From a virus (taxonomy: Duplodnaviria > Caudoviricetes), in the IMG/VR virus record IMGVR_UViG_3300035498_000371, positions 1-64,000 of that record: 64,000 bases of DNA, one strand, 5' to 3'. A model generated the notes under the pieces. That model did no database searches. It was not told where the DNA came from and saw only the letters and a list, made by a program, of their open reading frames with translations. Below, in pieces: positions 30,942 to 40,571 of the stretch. A program made the position numbers and the translations under genes. Positions within the stretch are counted from its first letter, which is position 1; every line of letters starts with the position of its first letter.

Positions 30942-32752
30942 TGATAGAGAATCAAAGGCAGTTTATACATGAATATAATGACAAATATCGTGAAAGATTC
31001 AATAAGGATCTTTTCGTTCGTCACGATTCAGATATTGTAGATGCTCTACGTTATATTATCTATAGCATAGAGCGCAATTCTACATTCACTATTAAAGTTT
31101 TAAACTTTGAGGTTATCGATAACTATGATGATGTAAATCATATTCTTTGGGAGTATGAGGATTTCATCGTTAATAAAGGTAAGAAACCTTCAGAGAGCGC
31201 AAAAAAGAAATCATACGGTAAGAAAAAGAAAGTTAATATCTATGATTTCATAAATCTTAATGATTCAGATATCAATCTTATTAAGGTTACGTATTATATT
31301 CAGATTACTGAAAAGAAACGTGGTCTTGTAGATGATACTCTAGTGGTGTATATTGCCATACCAAGAATAGTAGACGACTTCTACTTCAGGTTGAATGGAA
31401 ATATTTATTCTGCAATGTACCAGATTGTAGATGCTAGTACTTATAATAATAGCGCTAGTAAGAATTCTAAGAAACAGTCTATTACTTTTAAGACAGTATT
31501 CACACCAATTCGTATCTATAGATACGCAATAAATCTTAAGGATGTAAATGGCTATGCAATTCCGTGTAGCTATTTTATTATCAACGTATTCAAAAAATCA
31601 GTTTTAGTTATGAAATATTTCTTGGCTAAATTCGGATTCTTTGGATGTATGGATTTTCTCCATATAAATGGAGTTAATGTGGTAACCTCTGTTGATAGCA
31701 TCGATATGGAGAATAATTATATCTTCCCAATAAGAGATTATTACATTATAGCACCAAAGTACTTTTACGATAATATCCAGATTATGCAGTCGTTTGTATA
31801 TACAATATATTCTGTATTGAATTATATGAAAGATGCTGAGTTTGGAGATATTTTCGGAACTGATATTTACGTAAGAGCTTTAGGTGCTGATTTCACCAAT
31901 AAAAACGTAGATTCAATCTATGAGAAAGGTTTGTCTCTTCTTGAATCATTAGAGTTCAACTATGATGATATGAGCAGAGCAGATCTTAAGTTAGATCTTG
32001 AGGACAAGGATGATATATATAAAGTTCTTAGATGGATGATTTATGAGTTTAATGCTCTACGCCAGAAAGATAATTTAGATATATCTACCAAGAAAGTAAG
32101 ATATGCTGAGTATATTGCATCCCTGTATGCAACTCGTTTAGCCAATGGTATTTATAGAGTATCAGATAAAGGAGATAAGGCTGATTTATCTGATATAAGA
32201 AAGGCGATTATGATACCGCCAATGTATCTTATAAATGCTATTGTTAAATGTGAGCTGGTTAACTACAAAAACTGCGTAAATGATCTTGATGCTCTTATAG
32301 CATTAAAATATACTTACAAGGGAATTGCGGGAATCGGGGAAAAATCTAATGCAGTATCTGATGCATATCGATCGATTCAACCAAGCCATTTAGGAAGGGT
32401 TGATATCGATAGTTCATCGAACTCAGATCCAGGAGTTTCTGGAACAATATGTCCGTATGTTGTCTTACACGATGGTCATTTTGATGAATACGTGGAGCCG
32501 AGTACGTGGCGTGATGATATCACACGTCTTATAGATACTTATAAGGCTATAGATTCGAGACTTGTAATGTGTAAAATCATAGACGACCATAATCTTTCTG
32601 ATAAACGAAAAGATAACAAAGTGGTGGAAGAGTGTGTATCTATTGCAAAGTCTTTATTAGATATGCCGAGATACGTTTTAGAAACTGAGCAATATATTAA
32701 CGGTTTCGATATTTTTGGAGATGGCCTTATGTTCTATCTAAACGACGAATAA
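30941..32752 (+). CDS. Multisubunit RNA polymerase beta, N-terminal half (probably non-virion RNAP)
   Basis: IP....YF.LNG..Y..MYQ; R.I.PSHLGRVD..SS.SDPG.SG.ICP. Confidence 0.85.
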   Translation: MIENQRQFIHEYNDKYRERFNKDLFVRHDSDIVDALRYIIYSIERNSTFTIKVLNFEVIDNYDDVNHILWEYEDFIVNKGKKPSESAKKKSYGKKKKVNIYDFINLNDSDINLIKVTYYIQITEKKRGLVDDTLVVYIAIPRIVDDFYFRLNGNIYSAMYQIVDASTYNNSASKNSKKQSITFKTVFTPIRIYRYAINLKDVNGYAIPCSYFIINVFKKSVLVMKYFLAKFGFFGCMDFLHINGVNVVTSVDSIDMENNYIFPIRDYYIIAPKYFYDNIQIMQSFVYTIYSVLNYMKDAEFGDIFGTDIYVRALGADFTNKNVDSIYEKGLSLLESLEFNYDDMSRADLKLDLEDKDDIYKVLRWMIYEFNALRQKDNLDISTKKVRYAEYIASLYATRLANGIYRVSDKGDKADLSDIRKAIMIPPMYLINAIVKCELVNYKNCVNDLDALIALKYTYKGIAGIGEKSNAVSDAYRSIQPSHLGRVDIDSSSNSDPGVSGTICPYVVLHDGHFDEYVEPSTWRDDITRLIDTYKAIDSRLVMCKIIDDHNLSDKRKDNKVVEECVSIAKSLLDMPRYVLETEQYINGFDIFGDGLMFYLNDE

Positions 32753-32772
32753 TAGTTTAGGAGGAATATATT

Positions 32773-33009
32773 ATGGCTTCAAAAACTGTGCCATCTATGT
32801 ATAATCGATACTTCATGTACTCTGCATCGGATGCTGCAAGAGCAACCAGAGTATATGGAAAGAATACAGAGTGTGGAACTGTTATTGTTAGAGGTGTACC
32901 TAAACCATACACCTCTATCGTAACAGACCCATCTTCATCCGCAACAGACGCGGTCGTTGTCACCCAGGGTGATATAAGAAAAATTAAATATACTGAACCT
33001 ACAAGATGA
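32773..33009 (+). CDS. Small hypothetical protein
   Basis: AGGAGG RBS, 78 aa. Confidence 0.7.
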   Translation: MASKTVPSMYNRYFMYSASDAARATRVYGKNTECGTVIVRGVPKPYTSIVTDPSSSATDAVVVTQGDIRKIKYTEPTR

Positions 33010-33034
33010 TTATTTTTTGTAAAGGAGAACAAAA

Positions 33035-33355
33035 ATGAGCAAAGAAATGGTTAGATTAGTTCCTATAGGAAGCTGTCCTATATGTGGTCATAACCAATTC
33101 GTTGTAGCTGAATCTGAACTCAATATTTTTCTTACAAATAGAGATGGAGAGATAGTTGATTCTAGCAATTGTTCTTATAAGTGTGAAGGAATGTGTATAA
33201 ACTGCAAGACTAGGATGCCGATGTTGGCTACTCCTGAAAGGTTCATTCCTTTAACACCATTAAGGAAACTTCTTTATGAGAATATTAATCACAACGAGTT
33301 AGGTTTGTCTGTAGATGAGGATGTGGTTCCTAATCCTATGGAGGTAGCTAAATGA
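33035..33355 (+). CDS. Zn-ribbon protein (N-terminal KEMVRLV tag)
   Basis: CPIC...CINC. Confidence 0.7.
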   Translation: MSKEMVRLVPIGSCPICGHNQFVVAESELNIFLTNRDGEIVDSSNCSYKCEGMCINCKTRMPMLATPERFIPLTPLRKLLYENINHNELGLSVDEDVVPNPMEVAK

Positions 33356-34011
33356 AGATAACTTCAGGCCCAATAGCTAATTTTGTAATAGCATTATTAA
33401 GTGCTATAACTGACATAAAAGAATCAGATTTTGAACAATACACCAAAGTTGATGAGGATGAGATATTACTCCTCATGAACAATGGGTGTAGAATATCAGA
33501 CGTGGAACCAATGGAAAATATGGTTTCATTGGACAATAATTACTATGTGTCCATTATCACTGGTATGATGGGTAATGATAAGAATACTTTCTTTGATTTC
33601 TATTACACGCATGATGGTAATAGAAATGTAATAAAAATCCTTGTGGTATTCTTAGATTATTTTAAAGACGTAAAGACTGAAGAAACGCCTTTAGTCGATG
33701 AAAATGGCATTACCGATATTACTGGTAACAGCAATTTCTTTTTTGCAATAAAACAGATATCGGAAATATTCTTAATGTCTTATTATAATCCTGCGACATT
33801 TACTGGAGCGTTTAATGCTACAGTTGCAGGTACAAACTTCAGGTATTTACCAAATATAATTGCGGGAATTATTCTGGCTCAATTTAAACCGCTTACAGAA
33901 GAAGATACGGAAGGGTGTGGAATGGAACATAATATGCTTACTGAAATTTTGCAAGATGAATCAATGCCTATAAACCTGATTCTATCAGGAATTAGAAGGC
34001 AAGATAGATAA
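33352..34011 (+). CDS. Hypothetical protein
   Basis: GGAGG RBS; overlaps neighbouring genes. Confidence 0.7.
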   Translation: MKITSGPIANFVIALLSAITDIKESDFEQYTKVDEDEILLLMNNGCRISDVEPMENMVSLDNNYYVSIITGMMGNDKNTFFDFYYTHDGNRNVIKILVVFLDYFKDVKTEETPLVDENGITDITGNSNFFFAIKQISEIFLMSYYNPATFTGAFNATVAGTNFRYLPNIIAGIILAQFKPLTEEDTEGCGMEHNMLTEILQDESMPINLILSGIRRQDR

Positions 34012-34295
34012 TGCAAGATAATAAAGTAGAAATGTGTAAACTCCATACTCCATACGTATGTAAGCATTGCGGAGAAGAGCTTTTATTTTTTGTCACTAAT
34101 AGAAATACTCTGATTGATTACAAGAATCTTTTTGTTAACGGTAAAACCTCACCAGAAATATATGCGGAACTTCAAAATAAGAATATACGTTCAATGAAAT
34201 GCATTGTATGCGGAAAGTATTATCTTATTGATTGGAGCGAGCATTTCCCACAACAATTATTAGATAGAAATAGTTTGAGCAAATTTGGGGTATGA
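34011..34295 (+). CDS. Zn-ribbon protein (N-terminal KVEMCKL tag)
   Basis: CKHC...CIVC. Confidence 0.7.
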   Translation: MQDNKVEMCKLHTPYVCKHCGEELLFFVTNRNTLIDYKNLFVNGKTSPEIYAELQNKNIRSMKCIVCGKYYLIDWSEHFPQQLLDRNSLSKFGV

Positions 34296-34370
34296 GGAAA
34301 CTCATACCCTATAAATTTTGCGATAATATAAAGCCGTTCACATTATTATAAAGAAAGGCGGTGCTATAAA

Positions 34371-37067
34371 ATGAAATATCTTTCTGTAGAACTTATAGGT
34401 TACGGTGGAATATATAATGGTTTAGGGCTAAACCAGATAAAAATAGATTTTACAAGATGCGTTCATAATAAAGTAATTATTAGAGGAAAAAATGGTTCTG
34501 GAAAATCTACTTTAATGAATGCCATAAATCCAAATCCAGATGGTAATGAATGTTTTATGCCTGGAGTTGAGGCTAGAAAAACATTGGTTTTATTCTGCAA
34601 TGGGATAATTTATACGATAAGATATATTCATCCAATAACTGGAAACGGCTCTAGAGCAACGACTAAGGGTTATATATCTAAGACTATAGATGGGCAAATG
34701 GTTGAATTAAATCCTAATGGAAATATTTCCTCATGCAAAGATATTCTTTACGATGAATTCTCTTTGGATTCGAATTATGTATCCTTATCCAAATTATCGT
34801 CAGAGAATAGAGGATTGGTTGATAGCAAACCAGCAGAGAGAAAGAAACTTTTAAATGGTATTATAAATATCTTAGACGTTTATAATGGAATATATAAGAA
34901 TCTTTCTAAGAAATCTAGCGCTTATAAACAGATCATCAATTCTTTAGTATATAAAATTGATAGTATTGGAGATGAAAATATGGTCACTGGAGCGCTAGCT
35001 AATCTTGAGGCTAGAATAGATGAATTAGAGTCAGATAAGTCTAAAGCAATAGAAGCATCAGCAGCGATCAAAGTAAAGATTGCTGATTATGAAGCTATAT
35101 TGAAAGAGAATAATTACGATTCAATTTTATCTGAATTAAGAGCTCTCGATAAAGATATAAAATCGCTGGATAATAATATTCAGAAACAATTGCAGGCTTA
35201 TGGTATAACTGATATATCTAAAGTTGATGATTTCTTAAATTATATCAACACCCAGATTACAAGTATTCAGCATGAGGTTGATTTATATAAGCAGATAATA
35301 CCTGAAAAATTGGCAGAGAGGGAAGCTGAATCTAAAGATCTTCAAAATAAAAGAGAAAAACTTAATTCATTGCAAAGCGAATATAATTATTTAGATATAA
35401 AGAAAGCGATGGAGAATGCAAGAGCGATCGTAAACGAGTACGATGCGGTCTTTGAGAGAATGGGTTTAACTCATATAGACCTTATTACAAGAGATGAGTA
35501 TGATTCCGCTATGGAATCATTAAATTATCTTCTAATGTCATCTAATGCGTTAACTTCAATGTACCAGATTGATGATATAAAATATGTAATTTATCATCAG
35601 CAAGAAATTACACTACAATCTTCTGATATTAAATCCCTTAAAGATCAACTGGATCGGTATAAGAATGAAAGATCAGAATTAGATAAACAAATTGCTATAT
35701 TCCAATCAAAGAGGGAAGTTGCTAATGAGTTAAATAATCGCCCATCTGGATGTAAGATTGATGATTGTCCTTACATAAAGAGCGCCGTAGATGCAAATAA
35801 TCAATATCCTGAAAGCGAATTGCAAATAATGTCTGCTAGATTGGAAGTCCTTAATTCTTCTATAGCAGATATTACTGCTAAGATAGATAAATATGAGACT
35901 TACTCTGCTATATTTACTCATATTAATTCTATCATAAGAGAGTTGAACTCTAAAATGAAATTTATTTCTAAGTTTCCTCTAAGAAAGGATTTTAAAGAAA
36001 CTTTTCTATATAGATTAGCAGAATTAGATCCATTTGATGATATAAGAGAATGCTACAAATACGTTGAGTATAGTAATATTTTAGACGAATATAAGATTGC
36101 CAAAGAACAACTTCATACATATGAAGTTGAGCATAAATTGTATGAGTCTAAGAATAGTATTATAGAATCATTAATTGATTCTATAAATGATATATCCAGG
36201 AAGACAGATGAATTAGCCCAACAGATTGAGCATTTAAATTCTCAAATATCTGAGAAGGAAATGAATTTAGAGGAATTGAAAACTCTTAAATCTAAAGTAG
36301 AATCTTTATCTATCAGCATCAATCAATCCTATAAACCATCGGTGGAAAGGCAGAATGAGTTATTGATATTGAAGAAATCACTAGACTCAAATACATCAGC
36401 GTTAGATGAACTTCATGCTAATCTTTCTATTGCCGATAATAATATTGGTTCTATATCTAGTGATATTAAGAATTTATCTTTAGAGAGAGATAAGCTTAGA
36501 CACAATTTATCACTGCTTGCTGACTATAAGCAAGAATATGCTGATTACAATAATAAATATTCTAAGATGGAGAAGATTAGATATTATTCATCCCCATCAA
36601 CTGGGATACAAACCTTATTCATGCAGTTATATATGAATAAGATTATCACTACAGCCAATGATCTTCTCTCTTTATTATTTGATGGAGAATTTATATTGCA
36701 GCCATTCATAATCAATGAAGCGGAGTTTAAGATTCCATGCGTTGGAAATGGTTTAATGCATGATGATATAAGCAGTATGTCTACAGCTCAAAAATCTATG
36801 ATATCAATGATATTATCGTTCTCTCTATTAAGACAATCATCAACTAAATATAATATTGTATTTGTAGATGAGATAGATGGCGGTCTTGATACGGGCAATA
36901 GGGCGTACTTTATTACATTACTGGATAGGCTTATGATGATGCTTCAATGTGAACAATGCTTTATCGTTAGTCATAATTCCGAATTAGATACTTCTATGGC
37001 TGATTTGATAGTGCTAAAAACAGATCCTGGAGAAACATATGGCGGTAACGTGATTTGGCATTATTGA
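34371..37067 (+). CDS. sbcC: SbcC/Rad50-like ATPase
   Basis: GKNGSGKS, long coiled coil with central C....CP hook, MSTAQ signature, FVDEIDGGLD, VSH. Confidence 0.9.
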   Translation: MKYLSVELIGYGGIYNGLGLNQIKIDFTRCVHNKVIIRGKNGSGKSTLMNAINPNPDGNECFMPGVEARKTLVLFCNGIIYTIRYIHPITGNGSRATTKGYISKTIDGQMVELNPNGNISSCKDILYDEFSLDSNYVSLSKLSSENRGLVDSKPAERKKLLNGIINILDVYNGIYKNLSKKSSAYKQIINSLVYKIDSIGDENMVTGALANLEARIDELESDKSKAIEASAAIKVKIADYEAILKENNYDSILSELRALDKDIKSLDNNIQKQLQAYGITDISKVDDFLNYINTQITSIQHEVDLYKQIIPEKLAEREAESKDLQNKREKLNSLQSEYNYLDIKKAMENARAIVNEYDAVFERMGLTHIDLITRDEYDSAMESLNYLLMSSNALTSMYQIDDIKYVIYHQQEITLQSSDIKSLKDQLDRYKNERSELDKQIAIFQSKREVANELNNRPSGCKIDDCPYIKSAVDANNQYPESELQIMSARLEVLNSSIADITAKIDKYETYSAIFTHINSIIRELNSKMKFISKFPLRKDFKETFLYRLAELDPFDDIRECYKYVEYSNILDEYKIAKEQLHTYEVEHKLYESKNSIIESLIDSINDISRKTDELAQQIEHLNSQISEKEMNLEELKTLKSKVESLSISINQSYKPSVERQNELLILKKSLDSNTSALDELHANLSIADNNIGSISSDIKNLSLERDKLRHNLSLLADYKQEYADYNNKYSKMEKIRYYSSPSTGIQTLFMQLYMNKIITTANDLLSLLFDGEFILQPFIINEAEFKIPCVGNGLMHDDISSMSTAQKSMISMILSFSLLRQSSTKYNIVFVDEIDGGLDTGNRAYFITLLDRLMMMLQCEQCFIVSHNSELDTSMADLIVLKTDPGETYGGNVIWHY

Positions 37068-37118
37068 AAACAATCTAGTAAATAGCTGTATAATATTATT
37101 CTAAGGAGGTACAAATAA

Positions 37119-37841
37119 ATGGCTAGTATTTGTGGTAAGAGCAATCAGGAAAGATTTTACCCATTCTTTAAATTCTTGCATACAATAAAAGATGCATTAG
37201 ATTGGGATTACATCTTAAAGAACTATGAAGTCGAGGAGGTTATTCTCGAAGAATTCATCAATCAGATTGATATCTCTACAGCTTGTCAATATTGTAAACT
37301 GTCAGAGGAATTCATTAACAAGTATGCTGATACAGTAGATTGGGATAAGATTTCTGCATTCCAGTCTCTTAGCGAAGATTTCATTAATAGAAATATTAAG
37401 AAACTCAATCTTCAGAAGATCGCTAATGATAACAATACTTTATCAGAAACATTCATTTACAACCATGCAGATGAATTAAACTGGGATCAGGTTGTTAGTT
37501 GCCAGAAATTATCCAGCTCAATCTTATATGATTTCAGAGATAAGATAGATTGGAAGTCAGCGTTCTGTTTACAGCAAATGGCTCCAAGTTTCATTACAAC
37601 TATCAGAGATGCTGGAGTGTTAATGAACTGGGATGCAATTGCTATCCATCAGAGACTCAATGAGCAGTTTATTAAAGATAATCTCAATAAGCTTAATATT
37701 GAGCTCGTATTAAAATTTCAGACTTTGTCCGAATCATTTAAGGCAGAACTTCAGAGTATGCTTGACCAGCAGAAAGAAGAAAATGCAGAAACAGAGGAGT
37801 CTGAAAAAGATTCTTCATCTGAAGAAGACGGAGAAAATTAA
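37119..37841 (+). CDS. Tryptophan-repeat protein
   Basis: ~22-aa repeats LSE.FI......DW..I...Q. Confidence 0.75.
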   Translation: MASICGKSNQERFYPFFKFLHTIKDALDWDYILKNYEVEEVILEEFINQIDISTACQYCKLSEEFINKYADTVDWDKISAFQSLSEDFINRNIKKLNLQKIANDNNTLSETFIYNHADELNWDQVVSCQKLSSSILYDFRDKIDWKSAFCLQQMAPSFITTIRDAGVLMNWDAIAIHQRLNEQFIKDNLNKLNIELVLKFQTLSESFKAELQSMLDQQKEENAETEESEKDSSSEEDGEN

Positions 37842-37874
37842 ATCATAATAAATCATTTTTAGAGGAGGTACAGC

Positions 37875-38828
37875 ATGAAGACTGTATTATTATTTACTCA
37901 TAGTGATCTGGACGGAATCGGATGTGATATTGTAGCACGAAAATATTTTTCCAATTATCCAGATAAGTATACACTTAAAACGTTTTTCTGCGATTATTCA
38001 AACGTAGATGAAATTGTTCTTGATACAATTTCAAGTATCGAAACAACCCCCGATATTATTTATATCACAGACATTTCTGTTACTGATAAAACAGCAGAGA
38101 TTCTTGATAAGTATGCCAAAGATAATAATATCGTTCTTAAGCTGCTTGATCATCATCCTACAGCATTAAGACTTAATACTTATGAGTGGGCCGATGTAGT
38201 AATCAATATTACTCCTAATAAGAAAGCTTGCGGAACATTCTTGTTATTTAAGGAGTTATATATTGATCCTTCATATGCAAGCAAAACAATGCTTGAGTTT
38301 GTAGAGCTAGTAAGACTTTATGATACATATGAGTTTGAGACCAATACTGTATATGGAGATAGACCTAAGAGGTTGAATTATCTGTTCCAGAATATGCTCA
38401 GGGATAAGTTCATTGTCGATATTATCGATTATTATCTCGATGATTCTGTTTACAATGTATTTCCTGAATTTACAGAATGCGATAAAGAGATAGTTGATAG
38501 AGCAATTCAGAGAGAAGAAGATGCGTATGAATCAGCTAAGAAGTCTTTAACTGTTAGATATTTTAGTTCACATAATAGTGGGTGGTATTTTGGTAATGCT
38601 TACGTATCTGCTGTGTGCAACAGATTGTGCAAAGAGAATCCTGATTTAGATTTTGTTTGCTGCATAAACACTAATCGATTAACGTTCGAGTTCAGAACAA
38701 TAAGAGATGATTTAGACCTTGGTAAAGAGATTGCACCATTATTTGGTGGTGGAGGCCATCCTAAAGCTGCCGGAGCACAGATCAACCAGGATCAGGTTAA
38801 GCACATGATTAATGCATTAATAAACTAA
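37875..38828 (+). CDS. DHH/DHHA1 phosphoesterase
   Basis: HSDLDG, ITD, LDHH, GGGGHPKAAG. Confidence 0.9.
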   Translation: MKTVLLFTHSDLDGIGCDIVARKYFSNYPDKYTLKTFFCDYSNVDEIVLDTISSIETTPDIIYITDISVTDKTAEILDKYAKDNNIVLKLLDHHPTALRLNTYEWADVVINITPNKKACGTFLLFKELYIDPSYASKTMLEFVELVRLYDTYEFETNTVYGDRPKRLNYLFQNMLRDKFIVDIIDYYLDDSVYNVFPEFTECDKEIVDRAIQREEDAYESAKKSLTVRYFSSHNSGWYFGNAYVSAVCNRLCKENPDLDFVCCINTNRLTFEFRTIRDDLDLGKEIAPLFGGGGHPKAAGAQINQDQVKHMINALIN

Positions 38829-38964
38829 ATAATATTGGAGGTACCATTATAGGTACCTCCATAAATTTTGTAATTTTGTTTTTTAATAATCATATATTAT
38901 ACCTCTGATAAATAGATCCTAAGAGATTAAATAAAAATATTTTTCATATCGGAGGTAAAGTACT

Positions 38965-39213
38965 ATGAAAAGAGCATTATTAAGTTACATTGATCCTTAT
39001 GATCATCGCCGCAGCGATGCTATTGATCGTTATGAATGGGGAATGTCTAGCGATAAACAACTTGATGAAGAGTTGCTCATGGTTGACCTTATTCAGAAAT
39101 ATGGTATCTATCCATATAGCGATCGAGAATTACAGCATTTTGCTGAGCGTGGTGATATGGTGCAGCCACTTAGAAATATGTGCACAATAGTGCAGAAAGG
39201 AGCTGTAGCATAG
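38965..39213 (+). CDS. Small hypothetical protein (C-terminal RNMCTIV tag)
   Basis: GGAGG RBS; TATATTAT at 38893. Confidence 0.7.
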   Translation: MKRALLSYIDPYDHRRSDAIDRYEWGMSSDKQLDEELLMVDLIQKYGIYPYSDRELQHFAERGDMVQPLRNMCTIVQKGAVA

Positions 39214-39216
39214 AGT

Positions 39217-39396
39217 ATGTATCAATGTAATGCACTGTTAGAAACTAGAAATACGCCAGTTAGTTATTTTACAGAGAGCGTACATGAAGTATTGAGAGAA
39301 CAGTTTAAGATTGTTAGTAATCGTTCATCTGCATACATAGAAGATCAGATTGAACAGATTAGATCAATCAAATGGGATAATGATGAATGGAATTAA
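39217..39396 (+). CDS. Small 59-aa hypothetical protein, not in the ORF track
   Basis: Same frame as the preceding ORF after its TAG; AAGGAG upstream. Confidence 0.5.
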   Translation: MYQCNALLETRNTPVSYFTESVHEVLREQFKIVSNRSSAYIEDQIEQIRSIKWDNDEWN

Positions 39397-39452
39397 ACAT
39401 AAAGTAGCCCGGACTCGTAGTTGAGTCCGGGTTGCTTATTCATCATTATTTT

Positions 39453-40391
39453 TTAATATTCTGACATATCTCCTGCGCCAGCGTTAAGCACTATAAGAGG
39501 ATATACTGCATTTCTGTTTGAGTCTTTAGCGAAACCGCCTCTTACGTTTATATCTAATTCATAGATATAGGTATCACTTGGTTTTTCTACGTTAGGAACT
39601 GGCTGACGAGTATTCTTATCTACTACTTCAAACCATCTATTTCCCGTAGCCGCATCATACATAACTACAGTTTCGATTAGTCCTTTAGCATCAAGAACCA
39701 TGCGGTTTTCTGCTGGTGATAGGCTCTGTTCCCATGCTGCCTGGTCATTCATTCCGCCTATAGGAGCTCTATTAAGAGATGATCCATTTTGTATAATCAT
39801 ATCCTGCATTGATGGTCCAAGCATTGCAGGTCCAACACCAACAGGCGTGTTGATAAATGCGTCATACATACTTGCAATTCTTGTGTTATCATCTTCTTCA
39901 TTGGCTCTAGATTTGAGCTCTTTCATTCTTGTAATCTCAAGATGATTAATATCATTGATTGTTTTGTTCTTTTCTTTAATAGCAGAGATTTTAGAGTTGA
40001 TAATTGTACCAACTGTCTCTGTCATATCATTGATATAACCATATTTGTTACGAAGAGTTTTAGATGCTCTAACCTGTTGGAGATCATTCATGATTTCTCC
40101 ACCTAAAATATTGAGCTGTTGAATAGCCTCATCAAGCTGCTGATTTGTTTCCTGATATGCTGTAGCATAAGGAATATTCTCCTGAATATATGACATGCTT
40201 GTTTGGGGTACCAATGGTGCTGCTGAAACAATAGCAGGTGTTTCTTTTTTTGCTCTCTTTTTTGCCGTCTCTGCAGGAATTTGTTCGGTTACAACAACCA
40301 TTTGGGTTCCAGTGAGGGTATGGTCTTTACATTCTTCGGAACCGTTAATAAAAGATTTGATGTTGAATGACACATCTTGTTTCTTTGCCAT
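39453..40391 (-). CDS. Hypothetical coiled-coil protein
   Basis: AAGGAGG RBS; AACA-N6-TA at 40422-40433. Confidence 0.8.
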   Translation of the reverse strand: MAKKQDVSFNIKSFINGSEECKDHTLTGTQMVVVTEQIPAETAKKRAKKETPAIVSAAPLVPQTSMSYIQENIPYATAYQETNQQLDEAIQQLNILGGEIMNDLQQVRASKTLRNKYGYINDMTETVGTIINSKISAIKEKNKTINDINHLEITRMKELKSRANEEDDNTRIASMYDAFINTPVGVGPAMLGPSMQDMIIQNGSSLNRAPIGGMNDQAAWEQSLSPAENRMVLDAKGLIETVVMYDAATGNRWFEVVDKNTRQPVPNVEKPSDTYIYELDINVRGGFAKDSNRNAVYPLIVLNAGAGDMSEY

Positions 40392-40571
40392 AGCGTAATT
40401 GCCTCCTTCATTAATATACTTTATTTTGCTGTTTCAAAAAATGAAAATCTGTTAATTTATAACCTTCAATTATTATTGAAGGTTTAATCGAATGTTTTAT
40501 TTATGTAAAGTCTCTGGGACATAATTGTAATGAAGAATAAGCAAAAATAAACGTAAATGGAGGCGATACGC

